A stretch of 63,512 nucleotides of DNA, the filler included, from Sandaracinaceae bacterium (GTDB lineage Bacteria > Myxococcota_A > Polyangia > Polyangiales > JADJQN01): NCBI GenBank assembly GCA_947483975.1. It is 4 parts of 4 records of this genome, joined end to end, with 100 filler letters (N's around TTAATTAATTAA, not from the genome) between each part and the next. Parts side by side here need not be neighbours in the genome. Positions count along the whole stretch, not along the records: positions 1 to 16,137 come from CANKOL010000084.1; positions 16,238 to 32,143 come from CANKOL010000085.1; 2 more parts are not named here. One strand, given 5' to 3'. Positions 10,978 to 21,104 of this stretch are shown here, one piece after another. The notes below the pieces were generated by a model that was not told where the DNA came from, did no database searches, and saw nothing but the letters and a program-made list of their open reading frames with translations. A program made the position numbers and the translations under genes. Each line of letters opens with the position of its first letter. Positions within the stretch are counted from its first letter, which is position 1.

Positions 10978-12267
10978 GTGAGCGAACAGCCGCGCAGACG
11001 CTTGGCCCCACTCGCGCCGCCCGCCGGCATGCGCGATCTGCTGCATCCCGAGAGCGGCGCGCGGCGCGCCCTGAGCGCCCGGCTGCTGAGGGCGTTCGCG
11101 CTCCACGGCTACGACCTCGTCACGACGCCGCCCTTCGAGCACGCGGAGGTGCTCGAGCGCGGGCTCGCTGCCGTCGACCGCCGTGACCTCCTGCGCTTCG
11201 TCGAGCCGGAGACCGGCGAGGTCGCGCTGCTCCGCCCGGACATCACGCCCCAGATCGCGCGCATCGTCGCGACTCGCCTCGCCGACCGGCCGGCGCCGTG
11301 GCGACTCTGCTACGACGGCACGGTCATCCGGCGACGGCGTGGGCGGGCCCGTCGGCAGCGGCAGATCGCGCAGTGCGGCGTCGAGTGCATCGGCGTCGGC
11401 GGCCCCGACGGGGACGCGGAGGTGATCGCGCTCGCCGCGACGGCCTGCCGCGCGGTCGGCCTCGAGACGTTTCGCATCGAGCTCGGGCAGGTGGAGATCG
11501 GCCGCGCGGCGCTCGCGCTGGTGCCGGAGGACGTGCGCGCTGCTGCGGCCGAGGCGCTGACCCAGAAGGACGGCGCCGCGCTCGACGCGCTGCTTCGGGC
11601 GGCGGGGGTGGGCGACGCGGAGCGCGCTCGGCTCGCTGCGCTCGTGTCGCTCGATGGCCCGGCGGCGTCGACGATCGCGCGGGCGCGGCTCCTCCTCGAC
11701 GACGCGGCTTCGCGGCTCGCGCTCGATGACCTCGCGGCGGTCGCGGAGCGGCTCGCTGCGCTGGGGCTCGGGGACGACGTCGTCGGCGTCGACCTCGGGG
11801 ACGTGCGCGGCTCGAGCTACTACACCGGCGTGCGCTTCACCGTGCTCGCCGAAGGTCCGGGCGAGCCCGTCGGCGCCGGCGGACGCTACGACAACCTGCT
11901 CGGGCGCTTCGATGCGCCGGCGCCCGCGACGGGCTTCGCGCTCGACCTCGACAACCTCGAGTGGGCGCTCGCGCACTCGGGACACCCCTTCGGCACGACG
12001 CGCCCAGTGCGGATCGCGCTGGCGGCAGCTGAGCCGCCCGTTCGCCGCGCCATCGAAGACGCCTTGCGGACCGCGGGGATCGCCGTCGCCGTCGTGCCGG
12101 GCGCGGACGAAGCCTCGGCGCTCGCCTTCGCGCGGGCGTGGGGCTACGATGCGGCGCTCGTCGCCGGGACCAGCGGCGCTCGCCTTCTGCGGGCGTCGGA
12201 TGGCGCGATGAACGAGCTCGACGCGCTCGACCCGAGTGCGGTCCTCGCGCTCGCACGCACCACATGA
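10978..12267 (+). CDS. hisZ: ATP phosphoribosyltransferase regulatory subunit
   Basis: HisRS-like motifs GMRDLL, LRPDITPQIAR, QCGVE, YYTG, GGRYDNL; immediately upstream of purA. Confidence 0.9.
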   Translation: MSEQPRRRLAPLAPPAGMRDLLHPESGARRALSARLLRAFALHGYDLVTTPPFEHAEVLERGLAAVDRRDLLRFVEPETGEVALLRPDITPQIARIVATRLADRPAPWRLCYDGTVIRRRRGRARRQRQIAQCGVECIGVGGPDGDAEVIALAATACRAVGLETFRIELGQVEIGRAALALVPEDVRAAAAEALTQKDGAALDALLRAAGVGDAERARLAALVSLDGPAASTIARARLLLDDAASRLALDDLAAVAERLAALGLGDDVVGVDLGDVRGSSYYTGVRFTVLAEGPGEPVGAGGRYDNLLGRFDAPAPATGFALDLDNLEWALAHSGHPFGTTRPVRIALAAAEPPVRRAIEDALRTAGIAVAVVPGADEASALAFARAWGYDAALVAGTSGARLLRASDGAMNELDALDPSAVLALARTT

Positions 12268-12317
12268 GCAGACGGTAGTCGCAGCTGCGCCCGAGGGCGC
12301 GAAGGACGGAGCGATCC

Positions 12318-13601
12318 ATGGGAGTCGTCGTGGTCGTGGGAGCCCAGTGGGGCGACGAGGGCAAGGGGAAGATCGTCGATCTGTACACGCAGGACGCGGA
12401 CGTCGTCGTGCGCTACGGAGGCGGCGCGAACGCTGGGCACACCCTCGTCGTCGACGGCAAAAAGGTCGTGCTGCACCTCGTGCCGTCGGGAGTGCTGCAC
12501 GCGAAGACGCGCTGCGTGCTCGCGCAGGGCACGGTCGTCGACCCGGCGGTGCTGCTCTCGGAGATGGACGAGCTGACCTCGCGCGGGCTACTCGACCCGA
12601 GCGCGGCGCACGCGCGCCTCGCCATCAGCGACCGCGCGCACGTCGTGCTCCCGCAGCACGTCGTCGTCGATCGCCTCCGTGAGGCAGGCGCAGGCGCCCT
12701 CGGCACGACGAAGCGCGGCATCGGTCCCGCGTACGAAGACAAGGCAGCGCGCCGCGGCGTGCGGCTCGGCGATCTGCTCGATCGCAAGCGCTTCGAGCCG
12801 AAGCTCGTCGCCAACCTCGAGGCTTGGGCGCCGGTCGTCAGCGCGCTCGGCGGCGAGTTGCCTCCGGTGAGCTCGATCCTCGACGTCTATCTCGCGCACG
12901 GCGAGCGCCTGCGTCCGTTCATCTGCGACACCGCGAAGATCGTCGCGGACGCCGTCGCGCGCCGCGAGAACATCCTGCTCGAGGGCGCGCAGGGCACGAT
13001 GCTCGACGTCGATCACGGCACCTATCCGTTCGTCACGAGCTCGAGCACGACCGCCGGCGGCGCGTGCGCGGGCGCCGGCATCGGACCGACCGCGATCACG
13101 AGCGTCATCGGCATCACCAAGGCGTACGCGACCCGCGTCGGCGGCGGGCCCTTCCCCACGGAGCTTCATGGCGCCGAGGGCGAGCGGCTCCGCTCGGTCG
13201 GCGCAGAGTTCGGCGCGACGACGGGGCGCCCGCGCCGCTGCGGCTGGCTCGACATGCCCGCGCTGCGTTTCGCCGTCCGCATCAACGGCATCAACGCGCT
13301 CGCGATGACGAAGCTCGACGTGCTCAGCGGCTTCGAGGAGCTGCGCATCTGCGTCGGCTACGAGCTGCACGGGCAGCCGCTCAGCGACCTGCCGTTCGAC
13401 GACCTCGAGAGCCTGGTGCCCGTCTACGAGACGCTCCCCGGCTGGACGGAGAACATCTCGCACTGCCGCACCATCGAGGAGCTCCCGGCGCGCGCCCGCG
13501 CGTACGTCGCGCGCCTCGAGGAGCTGGCCGGCTGCAAGATTGGGCTCGTGTCCGTCGGCGCCGACCGCGCGGAGACGATCCAGCTGGTGCCCGCGTTCTA
13601 G
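12318..13601 (+). CDS. purA: Adenylosuccinate synthetase
   Basis: GAQWGDEGKGK, GGANAGHT, EGAQGTMLDVDHGTYPFVTSS, TTGRPRRCGWLD. Confidence 0.98.
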   Translation: MGVVVVVGAQWGDEGKGKIVDLYTQDADVVVRYGGGANAGHTLVVDGKKVVLHLVPSGVLHAKTRCVLAQGTVVDPAVLLSEMDELTSRGLLDPSAAHARLAISDRAHVVLPQHVVVDRLREAGAGALGTTKRGIGPAYEDKAARRGVRLGDLLDRKRFEPKLVANLEAWAPVVSALGGELPPVSSILDVYLAHGERLRPFICDTAKIVADAVARRENILLEGAQGTMLDVDHGTYPFVTSSSTTAGGACAGAGIGPTAITSVIGITKAYATRVGGGPFPTELHGAEGERLRSVGAEFGATTGRPRRCGWLDMPALRFAVRINGINALAMTKLDVLSGFEELRICVGYELHGQPLSDLPFDDLESLVPVYETLPGWTENISHCRTIEELPARARAYVARLEELAGCKIGLVSVGADRAETIQLVPAF

Positions 13602-13634
13602 AAGGGTGAGTTCGCGTACACTCGCGGGACTTCG

Positions 13635-15113
13635 ATGCGTGGTCTCGTCGTCCTCCCGCTCCTCCTGCTCGCGGCGTGCACCAACGCCGCGACGCAGCTC
13701 ATCGTCACGGTCGACTCCGATCTCCCGGCTTCGTACGTCGTCTCGGTGCACGCGCTCGCGCGGCCCGGCGACACGAGCGCGGGGCTAGGAGTCGATTCGC
13801 GCTTCGATCTGTCCGGCGCGGGAGGGCCCGCGTCGTTCACGCTGCCGCTCTCGTTTGGCGTCGTCCCGCCCGACGGAGACGCCGCGCGGCCGGTCGAGCT
13901 GCGCGTAGAGGCGCTCGACAGCGCCGGCCTGGTGACGGTCGTGCGCGTCGCCCGGACGGGCTTCGTCAGCGAGAAGACGCTGCACCTGCCGATCTTTCTG
14001 TCGGACGCGTGCCGCGCGGTGACGTGCGCGCCGGAGCTCACCTGCGATCGCGGAGTCTGCGTGTCCCCCGAGGTGCCCGTCACGAGCCTGCGCGAGGTGC
14101 GCCCGGGCGACGAGCTGCGCGACGCGGGAGCGCCCAGCGCGCTCGACGCGGGGCCGCGGCCGGACGCCGGGCCAGTGGTGTGCGACGAGGTCACGACCAC
14201 CGGCGTGACGGGCGCCGCGTCCCTCGGCGCGATCGCCGTGACGGCGCGCGGCGCGAACGTCGGCTGGGGATACCAGGCTGGCGCCAACGCGATCGCCTAT
14301 CGGGTGCCGTCCGCGAACGTCAACCAGCTCGGCTCCGTGATCGCCACCGCGACCATCGGCGTCGCGCTCGCCGACGACGGCAACATCGGGCTGCTCTACA
14401 CCTCTGCGGGCTTCGGTCCGCGCCTGCGCTGGCCCGCCGGCGGCACGACGACGCACGCGCTGCCGGCCTACGGTGGCATCCGCCCGCTCGTCGCCGACGG
14501 GAACACCTTCAACGTACTCAGCGGCACGAGCGCGCTGACGGTCATCCGCGTGACGACCGCCGACGTCGCCTCCGGCGCCATGCCAGTCACCTCCGCCGCC
14601 ATCTCGAACCCGACGCTCGGAGCGATGGCCAACGGCTTCCTCGTCGCCTACACGGAGGCGGGCTCGTGCACGGTGCAGGCGTTCGACGCGACGGGCGTCA
14701 GCCTCGGCATGATGGCCACCGCGGACTGCCTCTTGGCCGACGCCACGCAGCTCGACGACGGTCGCTTCGCGGTCGCTTGGCTCCGCGCCTCGGATCGCTC
14801 CGTGTGGACCGCCGTGCTCAGCGCGGACCTGACGGCGCGCGCGGACGAAGCGCAGGTCGGCGCGGCGAACGCGACGGTCGACCTCGTTCAGATCAGCGCG
14901 CTCGCGGGCGGACACGCGCGCGTCGCCTGGGTGGACGCCCTCCCCTCGATCCGCTCCGTGCAGATGCCCGGCTGGGTCAACGAGCGCTGCGTCGTGCGGA
15001 CGGGCGCGACGCTCAGCGAGTACGGTCGATTCCGCACGGCCTCTCGCGCGACGGAGACGCTGATCGCCTTCCCGTTCGGCGACACGGTGATCGACGCGCG
15101 CATCGCGGACTGA
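13635..15113 (+). CDS. Putative lipoprotein
   Basis: Lipobox LAAC; myxobacterial-type N-terminal domain (TQLIVTVDSDL...LPLSFGV); DAG linker; beta-rich C-terminus. Confidence 0.75.
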   Translation: MRGLVVLPLLLLAACTNAATQLIVTVDSDLPASYVVSVHALARPGDTSAGLGVDSRFDLSGAGGPASFTLPLSFGVVPPDGDAARPVELRVEALDSAGLVTVVRVARTGFVSEKTLHLPIFLSDACRAVTCAPELTCDRGVCVSPEVPVTSLREVRPGDELRDAGAPSALDAGPRPDAGPVVCDEVTTTGVTGAASLGAIAVTARGANVGWGYQAGANAIAYRVPSANVNQLGSVIATATIGVALADDGNIGLLYTSAGFGPRLRWPAGGTTTHALPAYGGIRPLVADGNTFNVLSGTSALTVIRVTTADVASGAMPVTSAAISNPTLGAMANGFLVAYTEAGSCTVQAFDATGVSLGMMATADCLLADATQLDDGRFAVAWLRASDRSVWTAVLSADLTARADEAQVGAANATVDLVQISALAGGHARVAWVDALPSIRSVQMPGWVNERCVVRTGATLSEYGRFRTASRATETLIAFPFGDTVIDARIAD

Positions 15114-15178
15114 GCCCTCGGCCGCTCGACGCGCGTCAGAGCGCCCGCCCGGCGTGATAATGTGGGCCCGGGAAATAA

Positions 15179-16137
15179 GTGCCGATCCTCACCGAACAGG
15201 AGCGCTGCGGGACGCAGCTCGCGGGCAAGTACCAGCTCGAGTCGATCCTCGGTCGGGGCGGCATGGGCGTGGTGTTTCGCGCGCGGCATCTGCACACGCA
15301 GCGCCCCGTCGCGATCAAGATCCTCCGCCCCGAGTTCTCGCAAGACCGCACGCTCGGCAAGCGCTTCGTCCGCGAGGCGCGCGCCGCGTCGTCGATTCGG
15401 CACCCGAACGTCGTCGCCGTGCTCGACCTCGGCATCGACGAGGACGGCACCATCTATCAGGTGCTCGAGCTGCTCGACGGCGAGGGGCTGAGCGCACACC
15501 TCGAGCGCAAGGGCGAGCTCACGGTGGAGCGCACGCTCGAGCTCCTGCTGCCCGTGATGAGCGGGCTCGTCGTCGCGCACGCGCAGGGGATCGTCCATCG
15601 CGATCTGAAGCCGGACAACATCTTCCTCGCGCGCAATCACGACGGGCGCGTGACGCCGACGCTGCTCGACTTCGGCATCGCGAAGCTCGTCGACGCGGGC
15701 AGCTCGCTCGCGACGCACACGGGCTCGGTGCTCGGCACGCCGCAGTACATGGCGCCTGAGCAAGCGCGCGGCGCGAAGGAGCAAGGCGCGGGGATCGACG
15801 TCTGGGCGATGGGGATCATCGCCTTCGAGTGCCTGTCCGGGCGGGTGCCCTTCGACGGCTCGACGCCCGCGCTCGTGATGGTGCAGATCATGACCGAGCG
15901 CGCGCCGCGCCTCGATGTCGTCAACGCCGCCGTGCCCGCGGAGCTCGCGCTGGTGATCGAGCGGGCGCTGATGCCCGCGCCGGCGGACCGCTTCGGCGCG
16001 ATGAGCGAGTTCGTCGAGGCGCTGCGCGAGGCGGCGTCCGCGGTCGGCATCCCGCTGCCCGCGCCGCGCGAGTCGACCGCGGGGCCCATCACGCTGCGAC
16101 CGATGCGCGACACGCTCGAGGCGCTCGCGGCGACGGA
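15179..16137 (+). CDS. Ser/Thr protein kinase (partial, cut by contig gap)
   Basis: GRGGMGVV, VAIK, HRDLKPDN, DFG, GTPQYMAPE. Confidence 0.92.
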
Positions 16138-16237
16138 NNNNNNNNNNNNNNNNNNNNNNNNNNNNNNNNNNNNNNNNNNNNTTAATTAATTAANNNNNNN
16201 NNNNNNNNNNNNNNNNNNNNNNNNNNNNNNNNNNNNN
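16138..16237. other. Contig junction spacer
   Basis: 100-nt N run with central TTAATTAATTAA all-frame stop linker. Confidence 0.98.
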
Positions 16238-16534
16238 GCTCTGCGCGGCCGCGCGCGCGAGCGCCGGCACCGCGCCGACGACGCTGAAGTCGATGACGAC
16301 GTCGCTCACGCGAAGCGCAGCAGAGATGTCTGCGGTGAGCGACACGCCGAGCGCCCCGAGCCCCGCGAGCTCGCCCGCGTCGCGCCCGAGCAGCTTCGAG
16401 CCCGGCGCGTCGAGCGCCGCCGCGAGGCGTAAGCGCTCGTCGACCGCCAAGAGCGACACGACCGCGCGCCCCATGCGCCCGCCGGCCCCGTGGAGGAGCA
16501 CCCGCGCGCCGGCTTCGTTGGCGGCCGTCGTCAC
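16238..16534 (-). CDS. dapB: 4-hydroxy-tetrahydrodipicolinate reductase (N-terminal part, cut by gap)
   Basis: GAGGRMG, GRDAGELAG, DVVIDFS; GTGA overlap with dapA stop. Confidence 0.9.
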
Positions 16535-17457
16535 GACGCGGTGCCCCTCGGGCCGGACGTGCCAGGCGTCGTGGGCGCGAAGCCAGCGGCGTCGAGCGCG
16601 TCCATCGTGAGCTTCTGCGAAGCGGCGGCGGGCCACACCAGCGGCAGCCGCACCTCCGGCGCGAGGCGCCCCCAGCGCGCGAGCGCGGCCTTCACGGGGC
16701 CCGGGTTCGACTCCACGAACATCGACTCGTGGACCGGCACGAGGCGCAGGTGCAGCTTGCGCGCGCCCGCGACGTCGCCCGCGTTCCACAGGCGAATCAC
16801 CTCGCTCACCTCGCGCGGCAGCACGTTCGAGGTGACGCTGATCACGCCCTGCCCGCCCACCGCCAAGATCGGCAGCGTGAGCCCGTCGTCGCCCGACAGG
16901 ATCGTGAAGCGCTCGCCGAAGCGCGCGAGCAGCGCCTGGCTGCGCACGACGTTGCCCGTCGCCTCCTTCACGGCGACGATCTCCGGCACCTCGGCGAGCT
17001 GCGCCATCGCGTCGAGCCCGAGGTCGACGCCGGTGCGCCCGGGGATGTTGTAGAGGATCGTCGGCATCGACACCGCGCTGAGCACCGCGCGGTAGTGCGC
17101 GACCAGCCCGGCCTGCGACGGCTTGTTGTAGTAGGGGACGACGATCAGCACGCCGTCGGCCTTCGCGTCCCGCGCGAGGCGCACGAGGTCGATCGAGTGC
17201 GCCGTCGAGACGCTCCCGGCGCCCGCGACGACCGGCACCCGACCGCGCGCCTGCTCGACGACGCTGCGCACGACGAGCGCGTGCTCGGCGGTGCTGAGCG
17301 TGACGCTCTCGCCCGTCGTGCCGCACGGGACGAGCCCGTCGATGCCGCCCGCGATCTGCGCCTCGACGAGCGCGCGCAGCGCCTCGACGTCGACCTGACC
17401 ACCGCGGAACGGAGTGACGAGCGCGGTGAGCGCTCCTGCGAAACTGGGCGTCGTCAT
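16531..17457 (-). CDS. dapA: 4-hydroxy-tetrahydrodipicolinate synthase
   Basis: TALVTPF, CGTTGES, PYYNKP, LYNIPGRT, VKEATG, SGDD. Confidence 0.97.
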   Translation of the reverse strand: MTTPSFAGALTALVTPFRGGQVDVEALRALVEAQIAGGIDGLVPCGTTGESVTLSTAEHALVVRSVVEQARGRVPVVAGAGSVSTAHSIDLVRLARDAKADGVLIVVPYYNKPSQAGLVAHYRAVLSAVSMPTILYNIPGRTGVDLGLDAMAQLAEVPEIVAVKEATGNVVRSQALLARFGERFTILSGDDGLTLPILAVGGQGVISVTSNVLPREVSEVIRLWNAGDVAGARKLHLRLVPVHESMFVESNPGPVKAALARWGRLAPEVRLPLVWPAAASQKLTMDALDAAGFAPTTPGTSGPRGTAS

Positions 17458-19034
17458 GCGAGGTCCTTTGCGCACCGCGCCGGGTCGAGGCGCGGCAGAA
17501 GATTGTCACGGCTCTCGACCATGGAGAAAGCGGAAAGGCTCGCGCGCACCGCGTCCATTCCCGCGTCGAGCAGCCCGGCGAGCTCGCGAAAGCGACCGAG
17601 GTGCGCCTCGAGCCGCGCGCGGGCGTAGTGCGGGGCGGTGCCGGTGTGCACGAGGAACGGCCAGTCGCTCGACTGCGAGAGCAGCGCCTCTCGGCACGCC
17701 TGCCGCAGCACGCGCTGCGCGAGCGGCGAGGTCGAGCCGAGGTGCCGCCCGACGAGCCGCGGCAGCTCGCGCGCGGCGGCGTGCACCGCGGGCCAGAGCG
17801 CCGCCGTGTGCTCGCCGAGCCAGACGCGGCTGTGCCCTTCCTCGCCCCAGGAAGACGGCGCGGGCTCCACGACGGCGAGCTCGGGGCAGCCCGCGAGGTG
17901 TCCGCTCAGCGTGGTCGTGAACGGCGCGGCGGCGCGCAGCACCTGCTCGAGGAACAGCGGCCCCTCATGCCACCAGTGCCCGAACAGCTCCGCGTCGTAA
18001 GGCGCGACGCAGACGGGCGCGCGGTCCCGCAAGATGAAGCGCGCCCCGTCGAGGCGCGCCCGCCGCTCCGCGACGAAGTGCGCCGCGTGCACCCGCGCGC
18101 GCTCCGCCGCAGCGGCCGGATCGTACGGCTCCTTCTCGTCGCCGCTGCCCGTGATGCGCCAGAGCTTGAGCCCCGTCTGCACGCGCGCGTCGATCGGCGG
18201 CAGCACATCCGCGACGCGCTCTCGCGGCAGCGCATCGACCACATCGCGGTGATACTCGCGATAGGCCGGGTCTCCCGGATAGCCAGCTTCTCTCGACCAT
18301 ACGGCCTCTGAGGCTTCAGGGTCGCGCGCGAAGAACGCGACGCCCGACGGCGACAGCACCGGCGCGAACACGCCAAACGGCGGGCGCGGTCGTGCGAAGA
18401 GCACGCCGTGCGTGTCGAGCACCGTCGCGCGCACGCCGAGCCTCGCGAGCGTCGCGTCGAGCCCGGGGAGATAGCCGCACTCCGGCAGCCAGAGCGCGTG
18501 CGGCGTGCGCCCGAAGACGTCGCGGTGCGCGTCGGCGCCGACGGCGAGCTGCGTGAACACCGCCCCCGGCACCGCGGCGAGCCCGGGCAGATAGCCGTGC
18601 GTCGCCGCGCAGCCTGCGAGCTCGAGGTGCCCCGCGTCCGCGAGCCGACGCAGCGCGCCGAGCACGTCACCGCCGAGCGCGTCCCAGGTGCGCGCCGCGA
18701 GCGCCACGCAGCGGAGCGCGTGATCGAGCGCAGGCGCGAGCGGGTCCGACGCCGTGACCAGCGCCCGCTCGCGGCGCGCGAGCCGGTCGAGCCGCGAGAG
18801 CCACCGGACGAAGCGCGCGCCGAGCAGCGCGTCGCCCAGCATCGCCGCGAGCGTCGGCGAGACGCTCAGCGTGAGGCGATAGGGCACGCCTTCGCGCGCG
18901 AGCCGCTCGAACACGTCCACGAGCGGCAGATACGACTCCGCCAGCGCCTCGAAGAGCCAGCGCTCCTCGAGGTGATCGTCGTTCTCGGGATGCCGAACGA
19001 AGGGCAGATGCGCGTGCAGGACGAGCGCGAGCAA
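17454..19034 (-). CDS. GH57 1,4-alpha-glucan branching enzyme
   Basis: LHAHLPFV, WLPECGY, PYDAELFGHWWHEG, QSSDWPF. Confidence 0.92.
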   Translation of the reverse strand: MLALVLHAHLPFVRHPENDDHLEERWLFEALAESYLPLVDVFERLAREGVPYRLTLSVSPTLAAMLGDALLGARFVRWLSRLDRLARRERALVTASDPLAPALDHALRCVALAARTWDALGGDVLGALRRLADAGHLELAGCAATHGYLPGLAAVPGAVFTQLAVGADAHRDVFGRTPHALWLPECGYLPGLDATLARLGVRATVLDTHGVLFARPRPPFGVFAPVLSPSGVAFFARDPEASEAVWSREAGYPGDPAYREYHRDVVDALPRERVADVLPPIDARVQTGLKLWRITGSGDEKEPYDPAAAAERARVHAAHFVAERRARLDGARFILRDRAPVCVAPYDAELFGHWWHEGPLFLEQVLRAAAPFTTTLSGHLAGCPELAVVEPAPSSWGEEGHSRVWLGEHTAALWPAVHAAARELPRLVGRHLGSTSPLAQRVLRQACREALLSQSSDWPFLVHTGTAPHYARARLEAHLGRFRELAGLLDAGMDAVRASLSAFSMVESRDNLLPRLDPARCAKDLA

Positions 19035-19079
19035 GGTGGGCGCGAGCGTAGCAGCGTGCGAGAGCCGCGCGCGGCGAAC

Positions 19080-20234
19080 TCAGGGGCCGACGCGCACGGC
19101 CGACGCCACGGGACGCACGACGACGCCCTGCTCCCGGCTCGCGCGCGCGAGGAGCACCTCCTCGAGGTGCTGCCGATACTCGGCGCGGAGGCGGCTCGCG
19201 ACCGACGCGCGGGCGCGCTCGAAGGACACAGGCTCCGGCGCGCGCCGCTCGACGGTGCGCAGGATGTAGAAGCGCCCGTCGATCTCCAGCGGCGCGCGGG
19301 TCGTCTCGCCGACGCGCAGCGCGACGGCCGCTTCCACGAGGCCGTCCTCAGGGCGGCTGCCGACGTAGAGCCAGCCGAGGCTGCCGTCGCGGCGACGGGA
19401 CACCTGATCTGTCGTGCGCCTGCGCGCGACCGCGCCGAAGCGCCGGTCCCCGACGCCGCTCGCCTCTGCGAGCGCGCGCACTGCGTCCTCACGGCTGCCG
19501 AGCACGATGGCGAGCACGCGCACCTGCTCGGGCTTGGTGTAATCGGCGAGGTGCGCTTGGTAGAACGCGCGCGCCGCCGCCTCATCGGGCACGGGCGCGT
19601 GATCCGCCGCGAACGCGCGCTCGAGCAAGATTCGCCCGAGCGTGCGCTCGACCTCGCGCATCACCTCGACGTCGTCCATCAGCCCTGCGCGGCGCGCAGC
19701 CTCCGCGAGCACGCGGTCGCGCACGAGCGAGCGCGCAAGCTCGTCGACGCGCGCCGGATCGACGAACGCGGCGCGAAGCGCGGGCGCACGACGGTTGATC
19801 TCGGCGGCGACCTCGCCCGCCGTCACGAGCGGGACACGCTCCGCCGTCGCGACCGCGCGCGCCGGGTCGACCGTCGTCGCGAACACCTCCGGCAAAGGCT
19901 GCGTCGGCCCGATGGCGAGCATCGGCACGGGGGGACCGGCGGGAGTCGCATCGGACAGGCTACCGTCCTGCGCCCCGCTGTCCTCGGCCGAAGCGTCCTG
20001 CGCAGGGATGATGACGTTCGTGTCGGCAGGCGCCGCGTCCCGTGCACCCGCGTCGGGCGCGCTGGCGTCGAGAGGCGCCGCGTCGGGCGCACCAGAATCA
20101 CGCGCACCGGCATCGCGCACACCACCATCCCGCGCACCGGCATCGCGCACACCGCCGTCCTGTGCCACGGCGTTCGCGGGCGCCGCAAACGCGGCGAGCG
20201 CGAGCACGCCGAGGAGAATGCGCCGAGCGGTCAC
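19080..20234 (-). CDS. Exported parvulin-type peptidyl-prolyl isomerase
   Basis: Signal peptide, DAG-repeat linker, PEQVRVLAI...DGSLGW rotamase-like region. Confidence 0.8.
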   Translation of the reverse strand: MTARRILLGVLALAAFAAPANAVAQDGGVRDAGARDGGVRDAGARDSGAPDAAPLDASAPDAGARDAAPADTNVIIPAQDASAEDSGAQDGSLSDATPAGPPVPMLAIGPTQPLPEVFATTVDPARAVATAERVPLVTAGEVAAEINRRAPALRAAFVDPARVDELARSLVRDRVLAEAARRAGLMDDVEVMREVERTLGRILLERAFAADHAPVPDEAAARAFYQAHLADYTKPEQVRVLAIVLGSREDAVRALAEASGVGDRRFGAVARRRTTDQVSRRRDGSLGWLYVGSRPEDGLVEAAVALRVGETTRAPLEIDGRFYILRTVERRAPEPVSFERARASVASRLRAEYRQHLEEVLLARASREQGVVVRPVASAVRVGP

Positions 20235-20303
20235 GCGCGGACGCTAACCGACGAGCGCGCTCCGCTCCCACTTTCCCGCCGCGCTGATAGAGTCCGCCCC
20301 GCC

Positions 20304-21104
20304 ATGACGCACACCTTCGACCTCGCTCGCCTCGGTGGTCGCGCCGCGCTCGACGACCTGCTCGATGAGGTCCTCGCCGCGGGGGAAGACGCCCTCGCCT
20401 CGTTCCGCGGCGGCGCGGCTTCACGCGCGAAGACGAAGCCCGATCGCAGTCCCGTCACCGAAGCCGATCAGGCGGTCGAGCGACGCCTGCGCGCGTTCTT
20501 CGCCAAGCGCTTCCCCGACGCGGGCTTCCTCGGCGAAGAGAGCGGCGCGGGCGGCGACGGCACGCAGGCGCTGCGCTTCGTCGTCGATCCGATCGACGGC
20601 ACGCGCGCGTTTCTGCGCGGGCTGCCCACCTGGTCGATCCTCGTCGGGCTCGAGGCCGACGGCGAGCCCGCGGTCGGCGTCGCGTACTTCCCGGTCAGCG
20701 GCGACCTCTACTGGGGCGCGCGCGGGCACGGCGCGTACGGCAACGGGCGCCCGCTCCGCGTCTCGCAGGTCGCCACGCTCGACGCCGCGCTCGTCTGCCA
20801 CGGCGCGCTCCAGCAGTTCACGGCGGGAGGCTGCGCCGACGCCCTGCCGCGCCTCGCCGAGGGCACCTACACGCAGCGCGGCTTCTCGGACTTCGACGGC
20901 TACCGGCACCTCCTCGAGGGGCGCGCCGACGCGATGATCGACCCCGCCGTGATGCCGTGGGACACCATCGCCGCCGCGGTGCTCGTGCGCGAGGCGGGCG
21001 GCACCTTCACCTCGATGAGCGGCGAGCGCACCATCCATGGCGGCTCCGGGCTCGCGAGCAACGGCCACCTCCACGACGCGCTCGTCGCGCTGCTCCGTGG
21101 TTGA
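20304..21104 (+). CDS. Inositol monophosphatase-family protein (HisN-like histidinol-phosphatase)
   Basis: SPVTEAD, GEE, VDPIDGTRAF, PWD..A...VREAGG; true start at ATG 20304 inside track ORF 18408-21104. Confidence 0.9.
   Translation: MTHTFDLARLGGRAALDDLLDEVLAAGEDALASFRGGAASRAKTKPDRSPVTEADQAVERRLRAFFAKRFPDAGFLGEESGAGGDGTQALRFVVDPIDGTRAFLRGLPTWSILVGLEADGEPAVGVAYFPVSGDLYWGARGHGAYGNGRPLRVSQVATLDAALVCHGALQQFTAGGCADALPRLAEGTYTQRGFSDFDGYRHLLEGRADAMIDPAVMPWDTIAAAVLVREAGGTFTSMSGERTIHGGSGLASNGHLHDALVALLRG

Noticed and set aside
16138..16237. TTAATTAATTAA palindrome inside N runs (also 32144-32243 and 47849-47948)
   Set aside because: Artificial contig linker; no linkage between the TcA-like operon and the tRNA element can be inferred across it.
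20101..20160. 30-bp tandem repeat in the PPIase gene
   Set aside because: Encodes a low-complexity DGGVRDAGAR linker common in myxobacterial exported proteins.
18408..20303. Apparent 898-aa protein ending in an inositol monophosphatase domain
   Set aside because: The N-terminal part is antisense to the GH57 and PPIase genes; the real gene starts at ATG 20304, so it is not a fusion.
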